From Octopus bimaculoides (lineage: Eukaryota): a DNA stretch of 64,000 nt. Within the stretch, counting starts at the first letter, position 1; each line of letters starts with the position of its first letter. The notes under the pieces are model-generated. The model was not told the origin of the DNA, did no database searches, and was given only the letters and a program-made list of their open reading frames with translations. Below, in pieces: positions 23,387-37,488 of the stretch. The stretch is taken from positions 126,270,426 to 126,334,425 of the forward strand of contig NC_068984.1 in the NCBI RefSeq assembly GCF_001194135.2. Reading direction: 5' to 3'. The position numbers were made by a program, and so were the translations under genes.

Positions 23387-25151
23387 TTAGTGTCTGTCTT
23401 CCATGATGGCATGGGTTGGATGGTTTAGCAAGTGATAATGATCCAGCGAATTGTGCCAAGTTCCAGTGTCTGCTTCGGTTTGGTTTCTATGTCTGGATAC
23501 CCTTCCTGTTGCCAACCAGGGGTATATAGTATTGTGAGAGGTGGCTTTATGCTAGGTAATGAGAGGTTAAAGTAGGATACAGGGACAGAAACTGTTTTGC
23601 AATAGAATATAAGAGAAGTGGTTTGGATGATTGTAGATGAATGGGTAGGTAAGTTCACAAGTGTATGAAAGCAGAGTAGCAGATGGTTAGAGATGGAGGT
23701 GGAAGTGAATGGTCAACATGGCTTGCATGCATGGTGAATGGTAAATATAGGTTATGGGGAAGGTGGAAGCAATAAGAGGCAGCACAAATGATATGAAGTG
23801 TGGGTTGTGTGAGAGATGTACAGTGCCTGGGATGAGGTTAGAGGTATAAAGAGGTGGAAACAGTGGGAAATGAATATAGGTCATTAAGGTTGCCAATTGC
23901 AGACAGGACATACAGGAAAAAAGTGGCAGTGATAGGGGTATTCAGTGGAAAATGTACAGGATGATACTGAGAATGTTGGAAAGAAAGGAAATGGTTTCGG
24001 CGAATGAGTTGGAGCATAAAAAAAATGAGGAAAGAAATGTCTGCTGTTCCTCTCTCATCTAACTACTGCAGCTGACTGAAAAATGCTGTAGTCAGAAGAA
24101 CAGTGGTGGAAAGGAGGGTGTTAGAAAGATGAGTTCTTGGAGAAAGACTAGTCAAAAAGAGATTTCGTGCAGAGCCATAGGCATAAATGATTCATTTTTG
24201 CTGTGATAGGTGGGTCTTTTCAAGTGCATTCCTTTGTTATCTCTGTGAGGCTCAACATCCAGTGATTGTTCTTTTCTACTTTGTTCCACACCTTGGGTCT
24301 CCCTCTTCCAAGGGTTCCTTTCATGTTTAGTGATTGGCACTTTACGCAGCTGTCTACATGTGCATCATGACCATACCAGTGCAGTCATCTCTTTCACACT
24401 ACATCTCGTGCCTGTTATATCCAGTTTTCTCTCAACACATTTGCACTTTGTCATACATGGACACTGGCATTGCACATCCAGTGAAGCATGTTAGCTTCAT
24501 TCTTTAGCCGTCACATGCCGTCTGCATTTCACTATACCGTGTAGCATTGCTGTTTGTACAAAAGCTTCATACAATCTGCATTTCTATCTGAGTATAGCTC
24601 TCTAAACTTTTTCTAGTGACTGCTTTCAGAACATCCTCCCTCACTGCTAACTCGGTCCCTACTTAGGTTTGTTTGAGGTAGTAGACCGTTTCTATTTGGC
24701 ATTCAAGAAAATCTATTTCTTGTGTTGTTATTGTTTATTGCTCCTGTGCATTTGCCACAGTCAAAGCCTACATTATCTGTTAATCTTCCTGTAATTCCAA
24801 TATACCTTGTGTGTCCACAATCTACACTGGGAATACTGTCTGCAAATATCTACCAAAACCTTTTCTACATATTCAATAGGTCCATTTTCCTGGAAGGATA
24901 AGTGGTTTATTTGTTTTTCTGCTTCGATCTTTGCTAAGTTAACTTTAAGGCTCTTTGCAAGTGTACACGTATGTATGTGTGTATATATGAATTTAAATAA
25001 ATTGCACTTCATGTTTAAGGCTCTGATGAAGCTGTGAGGTGTTACTCAGGCACTCAACTGAGTCCATTGCATCTTATAGTGGAAACAGTTGTAAGCTTAT
25101 GAAGTTTGATAATCTTTTAGTCCTTTGTCATTTTTTTTTCTTATATAGCAC

Positions 25152-25495
25152 GGGAGTGGCTGTGTGGTAAGTAGCTTCCTTCCCAACCACATGTTCCAGG
25201 TTCAGTCCCATTGCGTGGCACCTTGGGCAAGTGTCTTCTACTATAGCCTCAGGCTGACCAAAGCCTTGTGAGTGGATTTGGTAGACAGAAACTGAAAGAA
25301 ACCTGTCGTGTGTGTATACGTTTGTGTCTGTCTCCCCCCTCCCACCATCGCCTGACAATTGATGTTGGCGTGTGTACGGCCCTGTAACTTAGTGATCCGG
25401 CAAAAGAGACTGGTAGGCTTACAAAGAATAAGTCAGCTTGTTCAACTAAAGGTGATGCTCCAGCATGGCCACAATCAAGTGATTGTGACAAAAGA
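25152..25495 (+). mobile_element. SINE family A
   Basis: Near full-length copy. Confidence 0.85.
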
Positions 25496-25530
25496 ATATA
25501 TATATGTACACATCTTGTTTCATCATTAGA

Positions 25531-25695
25531 CTGCAGCTATGGTGGGGCACCACCTTGAATTAAACCCCAGTATTTCATTTTTTGAGCCTAGTGCTTATTC
25601 TATCAAACTCTTTTGCTGATCCGCTAAGTTAATGGGGCACAAACATAGGTTGTCAAGCAGTGGTCAGGGACAAACACACACACATATATATACAG

Positions 25696-25733
<38 letters not shown>

Positions 25734-25868
25734 GACAGGCTTCTTTCAGTTTCACAAGGCTTTGGTCAGCTTGAAGCTATAGAAGACACTTGCCCAAGGT
25801 GCCACACAGTAGGACTGAACCTGAAACCATGTGATTGGGAAGCAAGCTTCTTACCACATAGTCTGCAC
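25531..25868 (-). mobile_element. SINE family A, inverted relative to the preceding copy
   Basis: Reverse-complement match, tail-to-tail with 25152-25495. Confidence 0.8.
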
Positions 25869-26583
25869 CTATATATATATATTACTCATTAACATTGAGA
25901 AACTGCAGTTTAAAAAGAAAGATTATAGGTTACATTCTTCTGTGGATGTAATTACATCAGTTCAGAATTGCTAATGATACAGCATTTACTAGCATTGATT
26001 ATCCAGAATGGAACCAATGATTAGCAATTGTTACAGGAACCACTTGGTAATGGTTGGTTATAATATACAGCCTTGTGAAGCTGTTGTTTAAATCTCATGT
26101 TGTGCCAACCCAGTTGGTTGTGGATTGCTGATAAATATCATTGAAGCAGTTCCCACATTAAAATCTGAACTGTTGACATTTGAAATCTGTTAACCAGAAG
26201 TCCTTGCTCTAATTTTAGATTGCTCCTTTAGTTGAAAAGTAAGCTTTATCTAATCCGCCAGATCTATGTATAAAGATTATGGTGTAATCATGCTTTTTTT
26301 TTTTTTTTTGGATATGTCCAGAACTACATTATCTAGTAGCTACAGGTTTTTTACTAAATCCACTACCAATTCTTTGTTATATTGAAGATTAAGACATAGT
26401 CTAGTCATAAGAAATATTGTTATGATAAGGTTCAATTGCACTTTTCTTAAATGTTTTTTTTTTTTTTACTTTTTCTTAAAATATATTTCATTTCTATGCA
26501 TGTTTATTATTATTATTATTATTTCTTTTTAAACTATTTCAACATATTTATTTCTGACCCTTTCATTCTGTTGTATGTTGTAG

Positions 26584-26765
26584 GAAAATACCTTTCTATG
26601 GAGGACATCTCTATATTTAGCTGCCAGTGCATCCGCTGAATTCTTTGCTGATATTCTTCTCTGTCCTATGGAAGCAGCCAAAGTGAAGATTCAGACATCT
26701 GCAGGTTATGCTAATACTTTGAGAGAATGTCTTCCAAAAATGATCAAGGAAGAAGGCATGTCTAG
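26584..26765 (+). CDS. SLC25A3: Mitochondrial phosphate carrier, coding exon 3
   Basis: TTGTAG acceptor; ENTFLWRTSLYLAASASAEFFADILLCPMEAAKVKIQT...EEGMS; AG|GTGAGA donor, phase 2. Absent from the ORF track. Confidence 0.97.
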
Positions 26766-27970
26766 GTGAGAAAACTTTTTTTTCCAGCATTATACACGTT
26801 TACATCATTTGAGAGTTAAATATTAACTGCCATGGCCTGTTACTGGCAGTTGTGTAAAGTTTGTAATGAACCACTGGTGGTACAAGTGTTTAATGTGTTA
26901 AGAAAATTTCATTCTCATTTCTGTTGTGAAAATGGCATTTTACACTAGAATTTTGATGAAGAGATAACATTTACAATAAATGTGATCTTTGTAAACATTT
27001 CTATAGATAAAAAATTAAGAATTACAATGATAGGAAAATGAAAAGGCAAAACCTGTCACATATAGAAAACTTCTTTTAGCATTTGTTAAAAAAAAATGCA
27101 AATTTAAAAATTTTCTCTCAGCTAATTATTCTTTAGATCTTGCAAATTTGTACAACTCATGTACAATATTGTACACATTCTTCCAACTGTATATTAACCG
27201 TTTAACATAGTTTTGAATTAATCATAGGGTTGGATATGGCTGGTTAAATGCTGAAGGGTTAAATACTCTGAAGTTGTCTCTCATACTTGCTACACTAATT
27301 GAATATTAGTCAAATGTTGTCTTTTTCCTATTTGTAATACTCTAGTGCAAGTGAGACCCACAACAAAATCCTTCTCCCACATCTATGACTACTGTTGTAT
27401 CCCAAAACACATCATTCGACTAATTGATATGGTGGTTGCTCACCAATACAATCTTATTGTCCCTTTGATTTGCCTTTCTACTGTTACTTCATTGGGCTCA
27501 GTTCCTTGGTGTGACTCATCTTGTTACCCCTTAATTTGGCCTACCTGGTTCACAAGTCCCTCTCATCCTACAATATCTACTTTTCCCAATCTTTATCCTG
27601 TTGGTATTGCATCTCTGCCCATGTTTTTTCCTGAAGCTTCTGTCACCTTGAAGAACAACTTAAACTATATTGGTCTCAATTTTCTCAAAGGACCTGTGAA
27701 GGCCACTGCCTTTCTCAGATGAAACCATTAAAAACAACAAAAGCTGCAATAAATATAGTAATGCAGATTTGACTATTGTATGCAATAAAAAAAAAAGTGG
27801 GTTTGAATACCTCTGGTGTATTCAAGAATAAAAATAATCACAGTATGTTTAAATGGGTATGTCTGAGGGTAGATAACCGAGTATTGGCAGCATTTAAATT
27901 AATGTATTTAATTTATAACTGCTTTTAGAATTCTATATTTAATATTGTTCTTTATTTTTATTTCTTCTAG

Positions 27971-28143
27971 TTTCTATAAAGGTATTGTTCCATTGTGGGG
28001 ACGACAAATTCCTTACACAATGATGAAGTTTGCTTGTTTTGAAAGAACCGTTGAATTTTTGTACAAATATGTTGTACCTAAGCCTCGTTCTGAATGTTCC
28101 AAACCAGAGCAGCTAGTTGTCACATTTGCTGCTGGTTATATCG
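27971..28143 (+). CDS. SLC25A3: Mitochondrial phosphate carrier, coding exon 4
   Basis: FYKGIVPLWGRQIPYTMMKFACFE...FAAGYI; TTCTAG acceptor and GTAAGT donor, phase 1. Confidence 0.97.
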
Positions 28144-29207
28144 GTAAGTTTTTATTATGCCTTCTTCTGGTAGTCTGTCATGTTGCATGTCAGTTATATC
28201 TTTGAAAATATCTGGGTATCTAAAGTTTTAATGCAATGTCTTGTAAAAGACTCTAATTACAGCCTGTCCTTGTGCGACTAACTTAGACGTCTCTGTAAAA
28301 CACTCTGTACATTCATCTAGCTGTCTATGCTGGCATAGATTATTACAGGTCTGCAATACAACATTCCATGAGTCTTAGTTTTGTGTTGCCTTTTTCTCTG
28401 AAGTTCAAGCGTCTCAGATCTGATATTATTTTCTCCTAAATCTCTCCTGGTGTACCTCTGTCAGAGATACATTTCAGGGAGTCTTCATGCAGCATATCTC
28501 TGCCTGTTTTGCACAAACATTTATACCAGTCCAGTTATTTTTTACATTGATTAATCTCCCTGATACTTGACTGAAGTTGCATATACTAAATCATTATTTT
28601 AAAACATGTATCAGATCATGTTCAATTTTATATTTGTCACTTGTCTCAATAAGTCTGTTATAAATACTGCTATACAACCTTACCAAGAGTCTATCATTTG
28701 TGCAGTGAAAGATTTTTGCTACAATTTTTCATAGGAGCTGCTTTATTGGCTTGAATGAAGTGTTAGACTGAAATACTAATGGAAATCCACCTGTTTGCTA
28801 AATCATTTATTCTGCTGTTACCCTAACTTGTATATAGCCTGAACATTTTTATGAGCCATTAGCCTGCATTTTAATTTATCCTTTAATTTATAAAAGCACC
28901 TATTGCTCCATATTCTGATGCAAATTTGAACTACTCTATTTTTCCACATCCATGACAAGATGGCTTGTTCTCCTATATTCATATTTTCATCTAAAGACTT
29001 AGGCTTCTCTAACTACTTTTTAGTGACTAATTTAATCATATTTCCACAATTTCACTAAATATTGCTAAATGTCCTAGCTTTCTTTGCTTAGATTTTTTTT
29101 TTTTATTGTAGAAAACTGAGAAAATTTGGATACTTATAAAGTAGAAATTTAAATATTTAAAATGTTAACCTTCCTACAATTTCAAACTTTTGTTTTCATC
29201 TTTTCAG

Positions 29208-29318
29208 CTGGTGTATTCTGTGCTATTGTATCTCACCCCGCCGACACACTCGTATCAAAACTGAACCAAGCTAAAGGGAGAAGCATGGGAGAAATTGTTA
29301 AAGAACTAGGATTTGCAG
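29208..29318 (+). CDS. SLC25A3: Mitochondrial phosphate carrier, coding exon 5
   Basis: GVFCAIVSHPADTLVSKLN...ELGFA; TTTCAG acceptor and CAG|GTTGGT donor, phase 1. Confidence 0.96.
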
Positions 29319-29855
29319 GTTGGTATATTCTATTTATTGATTGTTGGACACATTTTACTTGAGATAAATATAAAGCATGAGAAGTAGCAGTTAATTATTT
29401 CATGAGTGAGTTCACATTCATAGAACATTGTTTTAACATTTCTGTCTTGTGCCTCTAAGGTAATCAATCAATAAAACTATTAATATAAAATATGCTAAGT
29501 GCTGTAGTTGGTTGATTTTGTAACCTGCTTTTGATTGTTGGTTATAATTTTAACAATAAGCTTAAGAGGCATGAATGTCATACAGTTTCATATCTATGAT
29601 AAACCCGTGTATCTGAACATTTCTTAAAAATGTGTTAGTAATGTGTGGTTGAATAAATAGATGACATTGATCTGGTTTGTGCACTCACTGGTCAGTGCCA
29701 CACTCGAAATGCGTGATACATTAATGTAAAGTTGTGATTACTGGTCACCACTACAAACTAGATACTCCATCGAATGAATGAGAAAATTTCAAATATTAAC
29801 AAAAAAAAACTCCTCTATCTGACTACTGTTATTAATGCTGTTTGTTTTGTTGTAG

Positions 29856-30016
29856 GTCTGTGGAAAGGACTTGGTCCCCGTATTATCATGATTGGTACAT
29901 TAACAGCTCTGCAGTGGTTTATTTATGACACTGTAAAAGTAGTGTTTAAACTTCCACGGCCACCACCACCATCAATGCCGGAAAGTCTAAAGAAGAAACT
30001 TGGTATAGTTGAATAA
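29856..30016 (+). CDS. SLC25A3: Mitochondrial phosphate carrier, last coding exon
   Basis: [24 protein letters not shown]...[18 protein letters not shown]. Spliced CDS totals 1056 nt = 351 aa + stop. Confidence 0.97.
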
Positions 30017-30351
30017 GTTTAGGAACTGATGACATATCATCCTGTCCTGTTTTTTTCTCTCTCCTTCACTCTCTACAACCATAAACAGTTGATTAGTCCA
30101 TAAGTTGATGGAATGTTCCATCAGTAATTAGCAAAGAAGTTCAGCAACCCAACTGAACTGTTACAATGCTATTTGAGATCGTTTTTGCAGAATACCAATT
30201 CATGAAGCAATATTTAAGTTGCTAATCTTCACTGATCACTCCACTCGTGACTGCAGCAAAAACTGCAGTAGATGCAGCTGCAACAGTGGTGATGTTTCAC
30301 TTTATCCAGCTGCAAGCAACAACATTGTACAATGTACACCAGAACTAGTGA

Positions 30352-30357
30352 AATAAA
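30352..30357 (+). terminator. Probable SLC25A3 polyadenylation signal
   Basis: AATAAA about 335 nt after the stop codon, followed by a T-rich tract. Confidence 0.6.
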
Positions 30358-33300
30358 ATATAACTTAACTAATCTTTTTGTTCATCTTTTCTTATAACCC
30401 TGTGTTGATATTGTTATTGTTAACTAGCCCAAAGTCGATCCTGATCAGAGATGTATGTTTAACCCGTTAGTGTTCAAACTGGTCATATCCTGCCCAAATG
30501 TTCTAGATTTATGTTGATATCAGCCAGGTCAAGCCTCTCACACATCACCTACAATGTTACTTTAAACATAAACAGCTATACCATCTTGAAGCTATGAGAT
30601 AATACATGAATACTAAGGGTTGAGTGTTTTAGCCATTACAACCCTTTTTATTTTCAGAGGCTTCCCATTGTAAGGAATAATAACATTAAGTTGCTCTACA
30701 TATGACAGTTGGTTTTGGTTTGTATACATCCCTGTAACTTTGGCAAAAGAAACCAGTAGCATAAGTACTGGGGCTGATTCAGTTAAACACTTCCACATAT
30801 GTTCATTCAGTCCAAAGTTCAGTATCAAATTTGAATGTGTTGCAATTGTGAGTAGGAGCCAAAATATGGACATATTTGTGGAAGGTGTGTAGTGGTAGTT
30901 TAGGCTAAAAGAGACTAAATAATTGATTTTTTTTTTAAAATTTCATTCTTACAAGAAATAACATGAAGGTCATAAGGAAATTGATTTGCAAGTTGGTTGA
31001 ACTTAGCCAGCTTACTGATATCTACCATAGGCTTGATACCTTATTTTCACATAAAATAACCACTCAAGTGTATTTGTTTGTATATATTTTGAGTCTTAGT
31101 CAGAGGCAGTAAAGTGTCTGGGCCTCTTGAGAATGATAGGGTAAAGGAAATAAGAAAATACTAGCAGATTGTTGAAGAATGCAGGATATGAGGTTTTCTA
31201 TAGACTGGTGATCTGGTCCAAATGCTTACAACAGAGCAGACTGCTGTAAGCTTCCAACTAGCAGGTGTTGAACAGATGCAGTCCATCTGATAGGTTTAAC
31301 ATAGTTTCCATGTACCCAATTTCACTGAAGGAAATATTTACTCAGAGTGTTGTAACCATGTAATAGTGAAGCAACATTTATGTATGCATGGCCAGGCATA
31401 TGTGAATGTTGGAAAATGTCTATTTGTGGCTGATACTATAAAAATCAAAGCTACTGACATCATGGACAAAAAGGTACAGATACGGCTGTGTGGTTAAGAA
31501 GCTTACTCTAACATGGTTTCAGGTTTGGCTCAACTACACAGCACATTGGACTATAGTCTTCTGATGTAGCCCTGAACCAATCAATGACTTACGAGTTAAG
31601 AGCATTGTAGTTTGCTTGAAGCATTATAATACCAAAGGTAAGAGAAAATAGCTTCTGACAATGTGGAAAGTTTTACAAAACCTTTATATTTCAGGCACAA
31701 AGGCCCATCTTCAGTAGAAAATAGTCTGGGAAATGTCCAGTTATGTAGGTTCTGTTAACTCATTCAAATTACTTCTCTCTTTAGTGGATGGAAATCCATC
31801 GTATATATGTGTCTTGGTGAGTTTGTTCCCCCACCACTGCTTGACAGTTGGTTTTGGTTTGTATACATCCCTGTAACTGGCAAAAGAAACCAGTAGAATA
31901 AGTACTGGGGCTGATTCGGTTAAACACTTCCAAGGCAATATCCTCAGCATGGCTGCAGTCCAATGACTGAAACAAGTAAAAGACGCAGGATAGGTTTTAT
32001 TAATTTTGAGACCTCACTGAAGATGGTCAGTTTTGATGTGACAATTATGTGTATATATGTCTCTTATCATGTTCCAGGTACCACCTTGAATTTTTAGTCA
32101 AATAAATTGACTCCATTATAAGTCATCTTGTTAAACTTGGTATTCATTCTATTGGACTCTTTTGTCAAATCACTAAGTTATGTGGATGTAATCATACCAA
32201 CACCAGTGGTGGTAGGGGACATACATTTACACTATGGGCTTCTTTCAGTTTCTGTCTACCAAATCCACTTACCAGGTTTTGGTCAGCTTGAAGGTTACAG
32301 TAGAAAACTACATTCAGTGGGGCTGAACCCCAAACCAAGTGGTTGGGAAGCAAGCTTCTTATTAGGGTAGGAACTATTGTGGTTTTATTAGAGTTGTAAC
32401 AACTATATAAAAACGTTGTGGCACTGGGTAGTGTGTGGTGTTTTGTTGATTAACTGAAGGTCATTGATAGGAGAAATATGAAAAATAAAGTATTGCTTCT
32501 TAACTAATTTTGCAACTGATTAAATATGTGGCAAGACAAAGTTTGTATTCCATATTTTATGAAAAGCTTTGGGTTTTTTGTTACATAAGATTAATCTAAT
32601 TATTAGGGCCATCTGGACCACTGAGGTGAGACTGGGCCAACTTGATGTATATTTGATTCCCACACACCTTATATTGTTACCAGTCCTCTTTCACCAAGAT
32701 AGCTTAGTCAGTAGACTTTGCTCTGAAAAAGCATCCACATTCACTGCTCATTTTGCCTCCAGCCCAGCATTGTACATGAACAGTCTTCTGTGACTTCTAA
32801 CAATATACAGCACTCATATACAGATGCTACTACACTTCATAGAGGTATGATTCACACTCAACCTAAAAGCCTTATAACAAACATATGCTGAAACCATGAT
32901 CAGAAATCTTGATAGTCCTTCAATAAAAACATCTTAATCTAGTTACTTTGAACTACACAAAGATTCTGTCACTACATATCAAGAAGACAATCTTATATCT
33001 TATTCTCCAGTTGATGAATTTAAGTGTTTCCTTGTTTTTAAGGATGTTTCTGGGTTTATTTAGTGTAGAGAAAGTTTTGTATGTTTGATCTCTACAATGC
33101 TTGGTATTCAAAACTCCTATATCCATATTAGACTGTGTTGAGATGGGAAGCTTGTTTGATTGATGCTGGTGCCATAGTATATCATGATCTGTTCTAATGC
33201 CTTTTTTAGTGCTAGATGGTCATATTTTAAATTTAGAATGCAAGCAACTAGAACAGATACCTTCAGGCAACTCATCTGATGTTCTAGAAAGTGTGCTTAA

Positions 33301-33849
33301 TTGATGAATAAGTCAAATAAAACCCTCCTGAACTCACAATATCTTATCTCTCAAGGTGACCTTACAGGCATAACATTGCCAAAACTACATTACAAAGACT
33401 AAGATTTCTCTTAAAGGTCGGAAAAATAATTCAACTGATTAGTCAACTCTCACATGTTTGGGATGATGCAAACTTCTGAAACTGAATCCAAAAGCAGGTT
33501 TTCTATTCGTTTGACAAAGGCTCAACCATCTACACACTACAACCACTAGTTCATATATGTGGTTTATTCTTCATGCACCTTCATGAAAGATATAGAATAT
33601 ACACAAGGAAACCAGAAAAAATGACGTGTTAAACTGGATGCACCAAAGAAACAGTCCATTCAACAAAGCTACATTCAGGCTCAATGATTGAAATGAGAAG
33701 TGAATACAGCAATTTGGACACTGGAGATTTGACACAGTTAACTAGACACAACCTGTTTTGGTGACTACTTTTTGGCACTGGAGATAAACATGCATATGCA
33801 GAAATATCCACATACAGAGAGAATGAGAAATATCTGATGTAAAGTTGAA

Positions 33850-34150
33850 TCAGCAACATCAAAACAGCTCTGCTAAAATGTCTCGTACTCCTCAGTGTGA
33901 CTGCATCCCAGGAAAAGGGTGGTCTAGGCTGTGCACTAATCTTTTGACAACAGGCTCCTATGAGTCCTTGGGACTGAGATATGTTGCTGGCCAATTATTC
34001 TTGACAACACTCGAGATGCAACAGTCCAGGGGCTTCCAATCAGGAGAGCTTGGAGATCATGTGGTTACACAGTTTTCATGAGTCTTATCAGGCATAAATG
34101 CCCTCTCCTCAACACCTAGAGTTTGATACCTGGTGTCCTCATGGCACCAC
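33850..34150 (-). pseudogene. Tc1/mariner-type transposase C-terminal remnant (heavily decayed)
   Basis: *SPSSPDWKPLDCCISSVV resembles the WPPSSPDLNPLDYxxW motif. Confidence 0.45.
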
Positions 34151-34479
34151 ATGTTTAATAGAGGACACTGCCATTGTTGTGAAGTGAACTTAACCACTCA
34201 GTCATGCTTGTTTATATTTTATATTATGATTTCACTTAAGTATAGTAATACTAATAACCAGTTGTTAGAACTCAATATTGCTTCATAGTAATGCACCAGG
34301 AGAGTACAGAGTATATCAATTAATGAATGACAAAAGAACAAGTTATGTAATCACTTGCATAGGTTTCTGTTTCTGCTATATGAAGCAATACATTGAGGGC
34401 TGAGTGTGTTCATACAACATCTCTAGTGTCTCAGTTTTGGCATGGTTTCTATGACTGGATCATCATCATCCATCATTTT

Positions 34480-35300
34480 TAATCTGGGTTTTGTCCCCGT
34501 TAACAGGGGTCGCCGGATCTACCTCAATGCTATAGCAACTGCCCTCATACCATCTTGCCCGGTTTTGGGTGTCCTCCCTTCTCAAGCCAACCCTCTCAAC
34601 CTGTCCCCTCCACATATTCCACAGTCTACTTTGCTTTCGCTCTTCATTTACTTCAAACTCCAGCACCCTCTCCAGAACATGCCTATACCACTGCACTCCA
34701 TTCGCCATTCCACTGATTCCTCCAATTCCAGCATCCCCATCAAGTCCTCAGTCCTCCTCTTATCAAACAGCCTCATGCCACACATTTCTCTCTCTCTCCC
34801 TCAAATACCATGTCTCACTCCCATACAGCAATGCAGCTCTCACACAACTATAGACCTTTCCTTTCATTTTCAATGAGAACCTTTATCCATATAACAACAC
34901 TCCACATTCCCTGAACTTCACCCAGCCAAGTCTCTCTCTTGCTGTCACAGCTGCTTCACATCTGCCACTTACATTCACCCTATCTCCCAAATTACCAAAC
35001 CTCTCACCATTTCCACCTCGTCACATAGAGTTTTCACTGACTTTGCCAGCCCCCCAACTCCTTTCTCACATCTTCCACAAACAAACTCTTGCCAGTCTTG
35101 GGGTCACCTTCTTCATTTTTGTACACCTACCATGAATCTATTTCTCACATCTCGTACACAACACTGCATTTACCATTACCTTCCTCCAACATACACCACA
35201 TGGATCCACCTTACTAACACTTCTCCTTCCACCCCACTCACCATCACCTTTGTCTTCCCAAGGTTTACCTTCAAACACCTCCTTCCTAATACCTACGATT
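34480..35300 (-). mobile_element. RTE-clade LINE 3' remnant
   Basis: GVQWYRHVL...RREDTQNRARW, with a (GAT)n-type tail at about 34460. Confidence 0.6.
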
Positions 35301-36093
35301 TTACAGGGTTCATTTTTTTCATGGCATCACTACTACAGTGGTTGTTTTGTTCTTAGCAAGACTGAAGAATCTTCTCAACTGTGTGTTGTCTCTGCTTGAA
35401 AATGGGTGTTTTTTTTTCTTTCTGACACCAGCACTATTGAGACCACCTTATAATTCAGAAGATGGAAGAGTGTCTGCCACAAAAAGAGAGTGAAAATTTT
35501 AGGCGAGGTGTTGGAAGAAGTGGATTTATTGTGAGTGGGTAGTAGTAACAGAAGATGAAGACAAAGTGAAGGAGGGGGAAGTGTTAGAGCAACTTCTTCA
35601 AGTATTATGACCAAAAATGTGAATAGAAGAGAGTGGTGTGAAAGACCCAAGGAGAATGGGCATAGGCTGTGAAAGCACAAACATGATTTGGAAGAGTGGT
35701 ACAGATAGGAGAGTCTTCTCAGTTCCTTCACATGTCACTGTTGTACAGTAGTGTACTTTGCACACAAGCATCATGCAATCTGCCCATGACCTTGAAAATT
35801 AAATCCTTTGTTTCTAGCAGAGATAATATGTTCCTGAACTTTCTTCAGCCTCTTTTTATTCTGGAAACCACAGTTTTGGAATACCTGTTCCCATATTGCT
35901 GATTAGGTTTCCTAAACCTAGGTAACATGAGCTATCAACTACTTTGATAGAGCCATCCAAACATTTGAGGGAATTGCATACATACACACACGTTCTCTCT
36001 CTTTCCTTTCCCGAGCGTCTAGTAACATAATCTGTATCACGTCCTCACGTTGTGTTTTGTTGTTGTTTTGTTGTCTTTTTATTTTTTTGAACC

Positions 36094-36140
<47 letters not shown>

Positions 36141-37304
36141 ATGCGCAGGAATAGGGCTCTTGGGTAGCAAATACTATGAACCGCCCAGTGATATTTTCAA
36201 CAACTCTTCACCTAAAATCTCAAGGGTCTCCAATTCAGCATTATATGTATAAATAAATGAATTTCCGTCGAATCCAACAATGAATGTGACTGAATATTTC
36301 ACAGAAAAAATATACTTTAATGTAACTCTCAGGTAGAATCCGTATAAGCAAGGTTGACCTCTTGAATTACAATAGGCTTCTGCATAGTTTCTGTCTACTT
36401 AATTTCACTCACAAAACCAGAGACACACTAAGTCTATACCCAACAAAACATACAATTAGATCGAACTCTGGAACTTTCAATTGCAAGGTCAACTTCTAAA
36501 CCACTCAGCCATCCCCACATTTTATTTAATTGTATGTTAAAAGAAATATTTTAATAGTGCAATTTCAGCAACTAACTGATAAAACGATTAGAATGTTTAC
36601 AAATTACTGTAACATAAAATCGAACCGATCACGAGAGCATGATCTTTTTCGCCTGAGTGATGTGTAAATAATACAAGGTTTGTAACTCTTCAGTAAGTGA
36701 GGCCTAGCATTAGTAGAGGAAACCCATGTGCTGTTGTCTGGTTTCAGTTTAAAGGTATGTTATGTCTTTTCATCTCTCCCGCTCCGTTTTAAACTTCTCC
36801 CTCTCTCAGACATCTTTTGCAAAAATATATTAAATGCAGTAGTTCAGGAATTTTATTTAACGTCATCTATTATATTTTGACTTAGTTTCAAGAATGCGGT
36901 TTGTTATTATTTTCGTCTTCCAAACGTTGTTTTTGTATATAATGTGAAAAATAAAGAATACGAGAGAAGTATTAGAGGAACATTGTCTTTTTTTTTCTCT
37001 CATTAAACTCAAGCGTCGTCTTTCCTGAGGACAATTATCGACATACGAAACTAGTATAATTTATGAAATACAATAAGATTTCGAACAGATTTGGAGACAC
37101 AGATAAACAGAATGAAAGAAAGTCAGAACAGCGAAATTATTTTTCAGTTACGAAATCAAGAGAAAGGGTGTGGGGTCTGAAAAGTTAAACATAAGCTATT
37201 GTTCTATTTATTGCCTACCCTGTATCAAAGGTGACCAGATAATTGCATCAACAAAGACAACATATGAGTTGATTAGAAAATATGATACTTTCTTCAGAGT
37301 TAGA

Positions 37305-37488
37305 CAGCGCCAGATTTAGACCCGTCGAGGACCTAAGCAACATAAAAGTTTGGCGGCCCTTTGTTAAAAAATTCCATTCCAGGTTACGCAAAAATTGAAA
37401 TCGTAGGCTTTTAATTATTTCGAGGGCTCCTGTAGATTGTGAGGCTCTTTGTTGTAGTTTGGTTAGCTTTTGCCTATATCCGCTACTA
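37305..37488. mobile_element. hAT-type MITE (degenerate)
   Basis: Ends CAGCGCCAGATTTAG / CTATATCCGCTACTA; 8-bp flanks GAGTTAGA / GAGTTGTA (6/8). Confidence 0.45.

Noticed and set aside
29562-29627. C/D snoRNA-like segment with a terminal stem and CTGA
   Set aside because: The putative C box ATGAATG does not fit RTGATGA, and no target was recognised.
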